From Verrucomicrobiales bacterium (GTDB taxonomy: Bacteria; Verrucomicrobiota; Verrucomicrobiia; Verrucomicrobiales; V1-33): a stretch of DNA of 64,000 nt. Below the pieces are notes generated by a model. That model was not told where the DNA came from. It worked only from the letters and a program-made list of their open reading frames with translations, and made no database searches. Of this stretch, positions 1 through 10,068 are shown in pieces (within the stretch, counting starts at the first letter, position 1; each line of letters starts with the position of its first letter). The DNA lies in contig JANOAV010000086.1 in assembly GCA_031411295.1 (NCBI GenBank), positions 1-64,000 on the forward strand, given 5' to 3'. The translations under genes were made by a program, and so were the position numbers.

Positions 1-60
1 GGACAGCAGATTGAGGATCAGCCTAATCTGCTGTCCTCCCTGAATCTGCTGGAAGATCAA
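1..60. repeat. Partial copy of a long palindromic (REP/REPIN-like) element, cut by the window edge
   Basis: Positions 1-60 match 911-970 with one mismatch. Confidence 0.85.
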
Positions 61-112
61 ACGTTCAGAAATTACAGTGGAAATCTCCATTAAAAGCGCC
101 TATTCTCCCTAA

Positions 113-379
113 ATGGCCCCCCTCACTCTTACCTTACCTGCTGAATCTTTGGTTGGCGTGCGGATTCCCCCGAGGGATCTGCATAATGAATTGCGCCGCC
201 GCCTAGCTGCTGCGCTATACGCAGACGGCATTCTGTCTGGAGCGTCGGCCTGCCGCATGGCATCCATGGGGAAAGCCGAGTTTCAATATATGTTGGGTGA
301 ACGAGGAATTGCTCAGCCCCTAGATGAGGCTGATTATGAGCAGGATCTGGCCAACTTCGCTGCGTGGAAGGCACCATGA
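113..379 (+). CDS. UPF0175-family small protein (putative antitoxin)
   Basis: 88 aa with LAAALYADGILSGASACRMASMGKAEFQYMLGERGI, which fits the UPF0175 pattern; stop overlaps the next start (ATGA). Confidence 0.8.
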   Translation: MAPLTLTLPAESLVGVRIPPRDLHNELRRRLAAALYADGILSGASACRMASMGKAEFQYMLGERGIAQPLDEADYEQDLANFAAWKAP

Positions 380-861
380 TTATCTCCAATACCACGCCAC
401 TCATTAATTTCTCGGAAATTGGCCGGATGGATTTGTTGGCTTCCTTGTTCGGCACGCTGATCATTCCACCTGCTGTGGAGGCCGAGCTAATGGCCAAGGC
501 TGCGCTCTTTCCGCAGGCCGCAGCGGTGCCATCGTCTCCCATGGTTTCCCGGATGTCTCCCGCTGACAAATTGCTGGTCACAGAGTTATCTAACCGAGTG
601 CATCTGGGCGAGGCAGAATGCTTGACGCTGGCCATGGAGCATCCCGGATCGCTACTGCTGCTAGATGACTTGGCCGCCCGTGAACTAGCCGCGTCTAATG
701 GCCTGCTGCACGTAGGCTCTCTGGGATGCCTAGCCGAGGCGAAACGACGTGGCCTGATCTCTCAGATCAAGCCCTTGCTGCAAGACTTGCGTCACAAAGC
801 ACGTTTTTGGATAACAGAACGATTGGAGGCGAAAATCCTGCGAGATGCTGGAGAGGTTTAA
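376..861 (+). CDS. DUF3368 PIN-like nucleic-acid-binding protein (putative toxin)
   Basis: IISNTTPLI, IIPPAVEAEL, LGEAECL, LLLDDLAAR and GSLG motifs; ATG at 376 is coupled to the UPF0175 stop. Confidence 0.85.
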   Translation: MIISNTTPLINFSEIGRMDLLASLFGTLIIPPAVEAELMAKAALFPQAAAVPSSPMVSRMSPADKLLVTELSNRVHLGEAECLTLAMEHPGSLLLLDDLAARELAASNGLLHVGSLGCLAEAKRRGLISQIKPLLQDLRHKARFWITERLEAKILRDAGEV

Positions 862-895
862 TTTATATCTCTTGTCAGCCCACCAAAGTCATCGC

Positions 896-961
896 CAGCA
901 GATTCAGGGAGGACAGCAGATTGAGGATCAGCCTAATCTGCTGTCCTCCCTGAATCTGCTG
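896..961. repeat. Perfect 27-bp inverted repeat (hairpin) element
   Basis: CAGCAGATTCAGGGAGGACAGCAGATT (896-922) and its exact reverse complement (935-961), 12-nt spacer. Confidence 0.9.
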
Positions 962-1120
962 AAAGATCAAGCACCTTCGCATTCGCTTTTCCATTTCATG
1001 CACAAGCCTGCTGGAAATTCCGCTGTGGCGGGCGTGGTGTCGTAGCTGAGGTGAACGAAGCCTTTGCCGTCGTTGCGGTTCACTTCCGGGCGCAGGACGT
1101 CGAGTTCCTATCATGATGCC

Positions 1121-1147
1121 GGGGCTTTCAAAGCCCCGCACCTTGGG
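1121..1147. repeat. Palindromic motif GGGGCTTT-C-AAAGCCCC, copy 1 (operator or REP)
   Basis: 26/27 identical to 11870-11896. Confidence 0.7.
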
Positions 1148-1259
1148 GGTCGAATCGTCTATTTCTGCTATTTTCTCACATACGGCGTGACGCGTGGCGG
1201 GACTTGCTTTATTTCAGCTAGCGCAGGAGCATCTTGCCACGATCCTGAAAAATCCTCCC

Positions 1260-4200
1260 ATGTTCAAACCCGCCGCTCTCACCCTTTTCCTCGGTTGCCT
1301 CCCGCTCACGGCGGTGCGGGCGGTTCCGGTGATTTCTGAGTTCATGGCTGACAATGCCTCCGGCCTTACGGATGGGGCTGGTCGGCACTCTGATTGGATT
1401 GAGATTCAGAATCCGAACGGAGCGACGGTAAATCTGGCAGGCTGGCATTTGACTGATGATGCGGCATTGCCCACGAAATGGACGTTTCCAGCCGTTTCGT
1501 TGCCACCAGGCCAGCGCCTTTTGGTATTCGCCTCGGGTGATGGTGCGCCAGACGCGGGAGGCTCGTTTCACACGAATTTTTCGCTCGCCAAGTCTGGTGA
1601 GTATCTGGCGCTGGTGGCACCGGATGGCCTGACGACTACCTCTGCGTTCGCCCCGGCTTATCCGCCGCAATATGAGGATGTTAGCTATGGATTGACGCGC
1701 GCCCGCACCACGCTGCTGGCCCCGGGAGCGGTTGGAAAGGCGACCGTAGCCGCATCCGGCATCGACAACTGGACGGATAATGGCTACACAGATGCCGCTT
1801 GGACTAACGTGATCAACGGCATTGGCTATAACTTTAATGAAACGGCTATCATTCCCGCAGTGAATCCTCCTTGTGCCGCCTATGCGGTCCCCGCAGGCAC
1901 CGTGGGAAATCAAAATTATGGCGGTCCGCTGGGCATGGATTTTTCGGCGGAAAAAACGCTCACGGTGACTGCGCTGGGGGCGTTTGATTCCGGTAGCGAC
2001 GGCTTCCAGTCGGTCATCCGGGTGCAGTTGTGGAGCCGAAACGAAAACAACACGCCTGACAACTTTGCAGACGACACTGGCCAGGCGATCTTGGCGGAAG
2101 TGGAGTTCTCTGCCGCCAATCCTGGAGCGGCCGATGGTGGCAGCCGCTTCATTACCCTGCCCGCTCCGCTGACTTTGCCAGTGGGAAATTATTCCATCGT
2201 GGCCTGGGGCTATAGTAGTCAGGAGCCCAATGGCAATGCAGGGGGCGGGGCTGCCGCGTGGACCACTTGCGATGCGGACGGGTCCATTGTTTTCGATGGC
2301 GGGGGTCGATATGGAGCAACGGGCGGGAGCTTTCCTAACGGCATTGATGGCGGTCCTCCCAACCGTTACGCTGCGGGCACTTTTAAATATTCCGCAGGCC
2401 CACCCGATCTCCGCCGCACGGCCTATCGGGTGGCTTCCGGGCAAGCGGGAAATCAAGCTTACGGCGGGCCGCTGGGAATGGATTTCGTGGTCGCAAAATC
2501 CATCAAAGTTGCCTCGCTTGGGGTGCTTGATGATTTGTCCAACGGCATCGCAGCGGGCATGACACTAACCGCTCAATTGTGGCGACGCAATGATGCTGGA
2601 ACACCAGGAACACCAGCGGATGACACTGGCCTAACCATCGTCGCCACGCAGACTTTCACCACCGCCGCACCTGGCACTCTGGAGGGCGGCAGTCGATTCA
2701 AAACGCTAAGCACGCCACTGGAACTTTCCCCCGGTGCCTATACCATGGTGGCCTACGGTTATGGTGCAACCGAACGCAATGGCAACGCCACGGCTGCCCC
2801 GTGGTCCATGGATAGAGGCGGCCAGGGATCGATCCAATTTGTGGGCAGCTCCCGCTATGGATTTACTGCCGGAGCATTTCCACATGTGGCCGACAGCTCG
2901 CCCGCTAACCGCTATGCTGCGGGCACATTTCAGTATTTTGAAAATGGTGATCCGATGGTTAACACGGATGTGGCGGCTCAGATGCGAAATATTGCCAGCG
3001 GCATGTATCTGCGCCTGCCGTTTTCGGTGCCGGATCCATCTATCTATGGCAGTCTGGAGCTGGAAATGGCCACCGATGACGGCTATGCGGCTTGGGTGAA
3101 TGGAACTGCCGCAGCCTCGCGAAATGCACCTTCCCCACTGCTCTGGAATTCCACGGCCACGCAGTCGGGAGCCCTGCTGCAAAGCCTGCCCCTGCCATCC
3201 GGGATGCTGGTGCCCGGCGGAAATATTCTGGCGATGCATGGGCTCAATGTTTCTGCTAGTGACAATGATTTCCTGCTGCGGGTCCGGCTCACTGGAATCT
3301 CCGCTGCGGCTACCGCACAATATTTTCCAAGCCCCACTCCAGGCAGTGCGGAAGGCACGGGCGTGAGCGGCTTGCTCGAGCCAGTTTCCTTTGATGTGAA
3401 CCATGGTTACTTTGACGAGCCCTTCACCGTCACGCTTTCCACGACATCGGTTGGCGCTGACATTCGTTATACCACAGATGGCTCGGCTCCGGTGGAAACG
3501 AGTCCGCTCTATACGGGCCCGTTGTTAGTTTCCACCACCACCGTGCTCAGAGCCGCCAGTTTCCGGACGGGGTTTGCCGCATCGGATTCCAATACCCGCA
3601 GCTACCTGTTTTTGGATAGCGTCGTCGCCCAGAATAACACGCCCGCAGGCTACCCGACTTCGTGGAATGCCATTGCGGCGGACTACGCCATGGAGGACAA
3701 CGCCACGGATCTGGCAACTCTGCTAGGTGAAGCCGCAGGAACGCCACTACCCACGCTGCGCCAGAAAGTGAAGCAGGCGTTGCTCGCGCTCCCGGCTATT
3801 TCGATTGTGACGGATAAGAGTCATCTGTTTGATTCCGGCACCGGCATTTACCCCAATCCATCGGGCCGGGGAGATCTGTGGGAAAAGCCGTGCAGCGCAG
3901 AGTTGATCCCTCAGCCGGGCAATCCCGAGGCGGGCTTTCAAATCAACGGAGGCATCCAGGTGATGGGACTAACATCACGAAATTTGAACGTCAATGCGCG
4001 GTTGCCGCTGCGGGTGATCTTCAGCCGCCGGTATGGTCCGGCCTCGTTGGAGTATCCACTTTATCCTGGAAATCCCGTCACGCGCTATGATTCCATTGCC
4101 TTGCGCAACAACACCCGGGACAACTGGGGCTATGCTCCTAACGGTGCCATCTATATTCGCGATCAATGGTGCAAGGAGGCGCTGGCAGCCATGAATAAGC

Positions 4201-6086
4201 CATCCAGCAGCGGACGTTATGTGCATCTTTTCCTCAACGGAATTTACTGGGGCATCTACAATCCCACGGAACGGCCGGATGGAGATTTCTGTCAGGAACA
4301 TTTTGGCGGCCAAGCCGATGAATGGGATAGCGTGACGCTCTGTTGCCCCAATCGCGCCAAGTCCGGCACGCTGACGAAATGGCAGGAACTCATGGCGCGG
4401 TGCACGCAGGGATTCGAGACCGATGCGAAATATGAATTTGTGCAGGGGAATTTCCCCAACGGTCAGCGCAATCCCGCCACGGAGATCCTGCTGGATGTCG
4501 ATAGCTTGATCCATTTTGCTCTGAGCGGCTACTACCATGCCTCGGGCGACTGGCCGGGAAATTTCTATACCGTGCGACGTCAGGGGCCGGAGAGCCGCGG
4601 GTTTCAGTTCATCACGTGGGACAGCGACCTTGGGTTCAGCGGAAATAACGTCAACGCTGACAAGACGCAGAACGATAATGGATCGTGGTGGTCGAACTCG
4701 CCCGGACAGATCGATCTGGCGCTGCGGGCGCATCCGGAATATCGCCTGCGCTTTGCGGATGTGGCGCACCGGCATTTGTTCAATGGAGGCTCACTTACGC
4801 CAGCTGTTAGTGCCGCAAGATTTCTTGATATCGCCACGCGAATCGAACCTGCGTTGGGAGCAGAAGGAGCCCGCTGGGGGGATGCGAAGGGGTTGGCCAC
4901 GCTGGCAAACTGGCGGCAACAGCGCGATTTCTTTACCACGAGTTATTTCCCGAACCGGACCACGGTCGTCATTAATCAACTGAAGGCCCGTGGGCTCTAT
5001 CCGAATGTGGCGGCTCCTAGCTATAACCAAAACGGAGGTCAGGCCAATGCAGGATTTTCCCTAACCATGACCGGCACGGGCACGGTTTATTACACGCTGG
5101 ATGGCACGGATCCCCGGCTGCGTGGAGGAGCGGTGGCTGGCGGAGCGCAGAGTTACACGACGGCCGTGCCGCTGACTGCCAGCACGGTGGTGAAAAGTAG
5201 ATCACTTAGTGGCAGCGTATGGTCAGCCTTGGCGGAGGCGGCATTTCAAATCAGCCCTCCTGCAAGTGCGGCCAATTTGGTGATCAGCGAAATTCACTAC
5301 AATCCCGCTGGCCCTGACGACACCGAGTTCATCGAACTGCTGAACGTTAGCAGCAGCACGATTGATCTCAGCGGTGTGAGATTCAGCGGCGGCGTGATCT
5401 TCACTTTTCCCACTGGCACGACGCTGGCGGCCGGAGCCCGCACGTTGGTGGTCAAGAACGTCAATGCCATGGCCCTCACCTACGGTCCCGGACTGGTCAT
5501 GGCGGGAGAGTTTCAGGAAACGACATCGCTCGATAACTCGGGCGAGGAGCTAACTCTCTTCGCAGATGACAACAGTGTGATCGCCCAATTTCGCTATCAT
5601 GATGACGCCCCCTGGCCCAACGAAGCGGATGGCGGCAGCTACACCCTAACGCTCGTGCATCCCGCCGCTGCCCCAGACTACGATTCACCGCTAACATGGC
5701 GAGCCAGCGGTCCCACCGGAGGCACTCCCGGTGGCACCGATGCCATTTCCTTTACGGGAAATCCTTCAGCAGACAACGACCACGACGGCATCTCCGCAGC
5801 TATGGAATTTGCCCTGGGAACGAGCGACGCTGATGGAACCGATGGTCCCCAAGCGATTTCTTTTGATCCCACTGACGGCTCCCTGCGGCTTCGTCGAAGG
5901 CTCACTGGAGAGGCTGTGATCGTATTGCAAACCAGCACGGATTTATCCTCCTGGCAATCTGCCCAAGCTCAGTGGAAATTGAAAGCTAGGATCCGGTTAT
6001 CGGCAGATGCCGAGGAACTCAGATTTGAGCCCGATGCCCTAAATCCCCCACCCAGCCGCAGTTTCCTCAGAGCGGTCCTGCCATGA
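1260..6086 (+). CDS. Secreted lamin-tail-domain / CotH kinase-family protein with chitobiase-like Fn3 modules
   Basis: Signal peptide from ATG 1260; LTD motifs VISEFMADN..DWIEI and VISEIHYNP..EFIEL; IRYTTDGSAP and YYTLDGTDP; CotH motifs LNGIYWGIY, DWPGN and WDSD. The ORF is open from 1194. Confidence 0.85.
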   Translation: MFKPAALTLFLGCLPLTAVRAVPVISEFMADNASGLTDGAGRHSDWIEIQNPNGATVNLAGWHLTDDAALPTKWTFPAVSLPPGQRLLVFASGDGAPDAGGSFHTNFSLAKSGEYLALVAPDGLTTTSAFAPAYPPQYEDVSYGLTRARTTLLAPGAVGKATVAASGIDNWTDNGYTDAAWTNVINGIGYNFNETAIIPAVNPPCAAYAVPAGTVGNQNYGGPLGMDFSAEKTLTVTALGAFDSGSDGFQSVIRVQLWSRNENNTPDNFADDTGQAILAEVEFSAANPGAADGGSRFITLPAPLTLPVGNYSIVAWGYSSQEPNGNAGGGAAAWTTCDADGSIVFDGGGRYGATGGSFPNGIDGGPPNRYAAGTFKYSAGPPDLRRTAYRVASGQAGNQAYGGPLGMDFVVAKSIKVASLGVLDDLSNGIAAGMTLTAQLWRRNDAGTPGTPADDTGLTIVATQTFTTAAPGTLEGGSRFKTLSTPLELSPGAYTMVAYGYGATERNGNATAAPWSMDRGGQGSIQFVGSSRYGFTAGAFPHVADSSPANRYAAGTFQYFENGDPMVNTDVAAQMRNIASGMYLRLPFSVPDPSIYGSLELEMATDDGYAAWVNGTAAASRNAPSPLLWNSTATQSGALLQSLPLPSGMLVPGGNILAMHGLNVSASDNDFLLRVRLTGISAAATAQYFPSPTPGSAEGTGVSGLLEPVSFDVNHGYFDEPFTVTLSTTSVGADIRYTTDGSAPVETSPLYTGPLLVSTTTVLRAASFRTGFAASDSNTRSYLFLDSVVAQNNTPAGYPTSWNAIAADYAMEDNATDLATLLGEAAGTPLPTLRQKVKQALLALPAISIVTDKSHLFDSGTGIYPNPSGRGDLWEKPCSAELIPQPGNPEAGFQINGGIQVMGLTSRNLNVNARLPLRVIFSRRYGPASLEYPLYPGNPVTRYDSIALRNNTRDNWGYAPNGAIYIRDQWCKEALAAMNKPSSSGRYVHLFLNGIYWGIYNPTERPDGDFCQEHFGGQADEWDSVTLCCPNRAKSGTLTKWQELMARCTQGFETDAKYEFVQGNFPNGQRNPATEILLDVDSLIHFALSGYYHASGDWPGNFYTVRRQGPESRGFQFITWDSDLGFSGNNVNADKTQNDNGSWWSNSPGQIDLALRAHPEYRLRFADVAHRHLFNGGSLTPAVSAARFLDIATRIEPALGAEGARWGDAKGLATLANWRQQRDFFTTSYFPNRTTVVINQLKARGLYPNVAAPSYNQNGGQANAGFSLTMTGTGTVYYTLDGTDPRLRGGAVAGGAQSYTTAVPLTASTVVKSRSLSGSVWSALAEAAFQISPPASAANLVISEIHYNPAGPDDTEFIELLNVSSSTIDLSGVRFSGGVIFTFPTGTTLAAGARTLVVKNVNAMALTYGPGLVMAGEFQETTSLDNSGEELTLFADDNSVIAQFRYHDDAPWPNEADGGSYTLTLVHPAAAPDYDSPLTWRASGPTGGTPGGTDAISFTGNPSADNDHDGISAAMEFALGTSDADGTDGPQAISFDPTDGSLRLRRRLTGEAVIVLQTSTDLSSWQSAQAQWKLKARIRLSADAEELRFEPDALNPPPSRSFLRAVLP

Positions 6087-6111
6087 AGGTGTCACTTGGG
6101 AGAGGGCTGTT

Positions 6112-9100
6112 CTACCGTTTGCTCGAGCTAAGGCCACGGTGACCACGCTTTATTTTCATGATGGTGGCAACTATTGTCAAAAAAAATGGTATTAATTCCA
6201 AGACACTCCAGAACATAAAACTGGCATACAATCCAGGCCGACCATCCTCAACCTGCCATGTCCACCAGGTAAGCACACCGATCAGCGCTCCAATGATCAT
6301 GTAGAAAACCGCCATGAATACGTGCCTTACAAGCCAATCATCGGTAGAAGGCACGGGCAAGTAAATGACCACTCCAAGCAATAACACAGGCATCACCCAT
6401 GCCCAGCAACCAAAAATCCCAAACGCAGTCGCTGTGGCAGCGATCACGAGCGCAAAGCTAATCCCACCCAACCCTCCAATGCCGCGAAGCTTTTCTGGCT
6501 TCGAACGGACTACCTCTATCATATACTTTCCGAGCATAGCGGCGACAGAGACCCCCAGCAGGCTAATAAGACCTGGGGTTTTTCCACGATGAATAGCACC
6601 ATCGCACAGCATGAATATTATTGTGCTGATACTTGGGGCCAAGGCCGTGGCTCCAAGCACGACAGGCCCCAAAAATTCTAAGAACAGAAACGCACATCCC
6701 ACGAGACTCGCGATCAAACTCCAGTGCAAGGTTCCTTTCATCCAAGTGACCGGTTGAGCGACAATCAGCCCCAAGGCCGCCCCAATGAGGATTAGGGCGC
6801 ACCCCCCTTTCACAACTTTAAAGCTGAAACCCTTACGGAAGATGGGGGCCAGACCGAGTAGAATCAAGAATCCAGAGACTGCAACAATCAAGGCTGGCGG
6901 GTGCCATGCGATAACCGTCAGGGTGACCACAATTGCTATAAGGATTGTGCTGCACTTCCTGCGGAGCGCAAAAGTGCCGCGAACTGGGGAGAGGAAAGAG
7001 AGCGCCCCAAAACCCATGCAAGCAACGAGGAAGGCAGCGCTGACAGGTTGTGCAGAGGGTGCCTGCCATATCTCGAGCAATAGTTGGAAACACAACAGGT
7101 AAAAGGCTACGCTCTGCATCACATAAAGCGCATATCTTGGCACGATTAGCCCAAACCGTGACAGATCGCGTCTGCCTGGCAGGATGCCAAGCTGAGCGAC
7201 TTGATCCCACATCTGACGAGCCTCTTCCGGCGAGAGTTCCCCCGCTACTTCATCGGCAACACCCGCGCCCTGCTCGTGGGAACTGATCAACAGCATTAAG
7301 CCGGGCGCGAACGCTCTTTGATGACTGAGGTTCTCTCTAAACAAACTTGAAATCAGCCAAACTCGACTTTTTGGAGATTCAATCTGCGCCATAATTATAA
7401 GGCCAAGTATTACCTGGCCCCATGCAGGGCGGCTTGAGAAGTTATTCACGATCAACACCAAATCTTCTGATTTCACTTTCAGAAGTTTGGTAGTTAGCTC
7501 AAGCAAGGTGCCACTGTGTTCAAGTAACTTGAATTCGGGTCTGGTGCAGAGGGTCTCGACGATTTGTGCGATCCTTCCTTTCGGGGCGGACACCACTAAT
7601 CTTGGAAGAACGATAGCTATAAATGCCTGCATGCCGTGGAAGGACATTTTTTGATTATTGAAGTCTTTCACCACTGACACCACATCGTCTTCCGAGAGGG
7701 AGCCGGATTCAAGAAGCTTATTAATCTTCTGCGCCGCACTGAACGCAATTTGAAGTCTGGTTGATTTGAGCAACTCCAGTGCAACAGCAAGATCGACATT
7801 CGACTTAAACTCTCCGACCAGTTGCGTGCATCTCCCTAGGCCAACGTAGTTTTCGGAGGCGACAAACGACTTAACAAACGTCGCCGCACGTTCACTTCCC
7901 TTGTTCACCACTTTCTCGGCCACAGCAAGAGCAAGGTCCTCATCGACTTCATGATCGGAAAAGACGGTGGCCACAGAGTCCTTCAAGCGGGCATAGGATT
8001 GATCGGTCAACTTGAGGAGCATGCGCAGGAAGGTCGCTTTCGCATAGGCGTTGCCCTTTGCCATGCACTGGAGCATCTCTACATAACCTTGCCTCTGCCT
8101 GGACTCACAGTCTGCAAAGAAGAACTCAAGTGCCCCGACCATGCTCTCAAAGCGTTCAACTTCTGGAAGGATTCGTTCAACGAACTCGTTGGGAGAGCTG
8201 CTCTTGGAGTCCCGCATGATCTCCCGGCACAGCATGTGCTCAAATAACGCATCATACTGATAGCCGACCAGGCTTTCGGTTTTCAGTTCAAGGATGATAC
8301 CTTCGTCGAGAAGGTAGGCTCTGATTGCCTGAGCATCCTTATCTCCAGCAACCAACTTATCCAGTTCTTCGATCGTTGCTTTTGCGTATTGTCTGCTCCG
8401 CATTGAGCCGGTGAGGCCGCTTAGCAGGCGTTCGGTGACGGTTGGATCGAAGGAAGGATGAGCGTGATTAACGGCAGCAATCTTGAAATCCACGTATCGG
8501 GCAAAGACCTCATTCAGGGAAATAGAGTCTGCGTCCAGCAGCCCATTTTCGGCTAGTTCTGAGCAGAGTTGCAGGAGCAGTGGATGTTCCAGATACTTCA
8601 GAAGTTGTTTGTTTTGGACGGTGATCCCATAGTTCCCGATGGCCTGCTGAAGTTCATCTTTACTGAAGTCACCGATCAAAGCACTTGGGTGATGGGCTGT
8701 GGCCTGGACAGCAGCCTTGCGAATTTGCTCTTCACGTTTTGAGATTTCTTCATGAGTAACATGTGATGTTGTCGCTTGACGCTGTTTTAGGGCAATATCC
8801 CTGTGGCGCGTGATTTCTGTCTGGAGTCTTTCTTCGTATCTCGGATCATAAACATGGTTCCACCAAAAGTCCAAAGATTGTCCACGTGTATCAATGAAAT
8901 AAGTCCAAAACACGTCGCGACACGACACCACAATTCGTATCGGCAGCTTGGATGCGAATTCCAACAACAATTCCAGTTCGGCCCGGCGTGATTTAATTGT
9001 AGTGAACTCGGTTTCGTTGATGGCGTCAATGAATACGACAAGCTCCTGCTTTGATCTGTGGAGCGCCTTCATGAGATTAGCCCAAGTCGGCGGATCCACT

Positions 9101-10068
9101 AGAGCCGTGCCTTCCCCACTGGCAAGCGCCGTGTTGATGGAATCCGAAATGGCTTCTTTCGAAAACTGCTCAATGCCACCACGAACAAACAGCGCAGGGC
9201 CGGATGTCGCATGTAGGGCAAGATGACTTAGCGTCGCCGTCTTGCCCGCACCGGCTTTTCCGATGGCCAGGAAGCAGCGGTATTTGAACTGGTTCATGAA
9301 GCCGGCGAAGGCCACTTGAATGGGTGTTCGATTGACGTAGCGGTCCTCATTGTATTTGCGCTCTGAATCGACCCGTTCCCTCGTCAAACCTGCAAGCCGT
9401 TCTTTGGCGTAGTGGATGATCCTTTCGTGTCGACTTGATGGCTTGGTGGGCACATGACTTGCGAACCAAGGCGCTTGCAGGACGGACTCTAGTGGCAGCG
9501 CATAGAGTGCCTCAAATGCAGGCACCTTCTCCATGCCATCCGCTGCACGTTGTAGAAGTTGGTGGGTCAGGACACCAACAATCTCTCCCCCGACGACTAC
9601 AGGGCTGCCGGACGCGCCCCCGACTTTGTCGCGGGCTTCGGCACAATGAAGCTGCAGAACATGTTGGTCAAAAAAGAGCGCGTTTGCGTCCTTCACCTCG
9701 CCGGAGAAAACTATACCGTCCGTTAAAACCTGTTGCGGGTGCCCGAATGATTCCCATTTCGTCAAGCCCTGTGGTTCCTCGGCCCAAGGCAGCGGATCCA
9801 CCTGTGCTTCCTTTTGCAATCTCACCAAGGCGATATCTATTTCCCAATCGATTGGCTCGATCACAACACCTATCTGATCTCGGTTCTGACTCCAGCAGCT
9901 GAAATGCAGATCCACTTGAGTCACGAATGATTCCTTGGTGCCTAGGCAGTGGGCGCAAGTTACGACAATGTTCTTGGATACCAAGAACGCTGTGCCCTGC
10001 CGAGGCGGGCCTGAGGCTGGAGGTTTCGTCGTAGTGCGGGCGACAGTTGCCTTGATTCCGTAATTCAT
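6112..10068 (-). CDS. Trypsin-like serine protease + STAND-class P-loop NTPase + C-terminal multi-pass membrane domain
   Basis: Triad motifs VTCAHC, DIALVRL and GASGSP; Walker A GKAGAGKT; Walker B VVFIDAINE; sensor IVVSCR; HPLLL; about 11-12 hydrophobic segments in the last ~340 aa. Confidence 0.85.
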   Translation of the reverse strand: MNYGIKATVARTTTKPPASGPPRQGTAFLVSKNIVVTCAHCLGTKESFVTQVDLHFSCWSQNRDQIGVVIEPIDWEIDIALVRLQKEAQVDPLPWAEEPQGLTKWESFGHPQQVLTDGIVFSGEVKDANALFFDQHVLQLHCAEARDKVGGASGSPVVVGGEIVGVLTHQLLQRAADGMEKVPAFEALYALPLESVLQAPWFASHVPTKPSSRHERIIHYAKERLAGLTRERVDSERKYNEDRYVNRTPIQVAFAGFMNQFKYRCFLAIGKAGAGKTATLSHLALHATSGPALFVRGGIEQFSKEAISDSINTALASGEGTALVDPPTWANLMKALHRSKQELVVFIDAINETEFTTIKSRRAELELLLEFASKLPIRIVVSCRDVFWTYFIDTRGQSLDFWWNHVYDPRYEERLQTEITRHRDIALKQRQATTSHVTHEEISKREEQIRKAAVQATAHHPSALIGDFSKDELQQAIGNYGITVQNKQLLKYLEHPLLLQLCSELAENGLLDADSISLNEVFARYVDFKIAAVNHAHPSFDPTVTERLLSGLTGSMRSRQYAKATIEELDKLVAGDKDAQAIRAYLLDEGIILELKTESLVGYQYDALFEHMLCREIMRDSKSSSPNEFVERILPEVERFESMVGALEFFFADCESRQRQGYVEMLQCMAKGNAYAKATFLRMLLKLTDQSYARLKDSVATVFSDHEVDEDLALAVAEKVVNKGSERAATFVKSFVASENYVGLGRCTQLVGEFKSNVDLAVALELLKSTRLQIAFSAAQKINKLLESGSLSEDDVVSVVKDFNNQKMSFHGMQAFIAIVLPRLVVSAPKGRIAQIVETLCTRPEFKLLEHSGTLLELTTKLLKVKSEDLVLIVNNFSSRPAWGQVILGLIIMAQIESPKSRVWLISSLFRENLSHQRAFAPGLMLLISSHEQGAGVADEVAGELSPEEARQMWDQVAQLGILPGRRDLSRFGLIVPRYALYVMQSVAFYLLCFQLLLEIWQAPSAQPVSAAFLVACMGFGALSFLSPVRGTFALRRKCSTILIAIVVTLTVIAWHPPALIVAVSGFLILLGLAPIFRKGFSFKVVKGGCALILIGAALGLIVAQPVTWMKGTLHWSLIASLVGCAFLFLEFLGPVVLGATALAPSISTIIFMLCDGAIHRGKTPGLISLLGVSVAAMLGKYMIEVVRSKPEKLRGIGGLGGISFALVIAATATAFGIFGCWAWVMPVLLLGVVIYLPVPSTDDWLVRHVFMAVFYMIIGALIGVLTWWTWQVEDGRPGLYASFMFWSVLELIPFFLTIVATIMKIKRGHRGLSSSKR

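Noticed and set aside
1190..1210. Possible sigma-54 promoter before the CotH gene (TGGCGGGACTTGCT)
   Set aside because: GG to GC spacing is 8 nt rather than the required 10.
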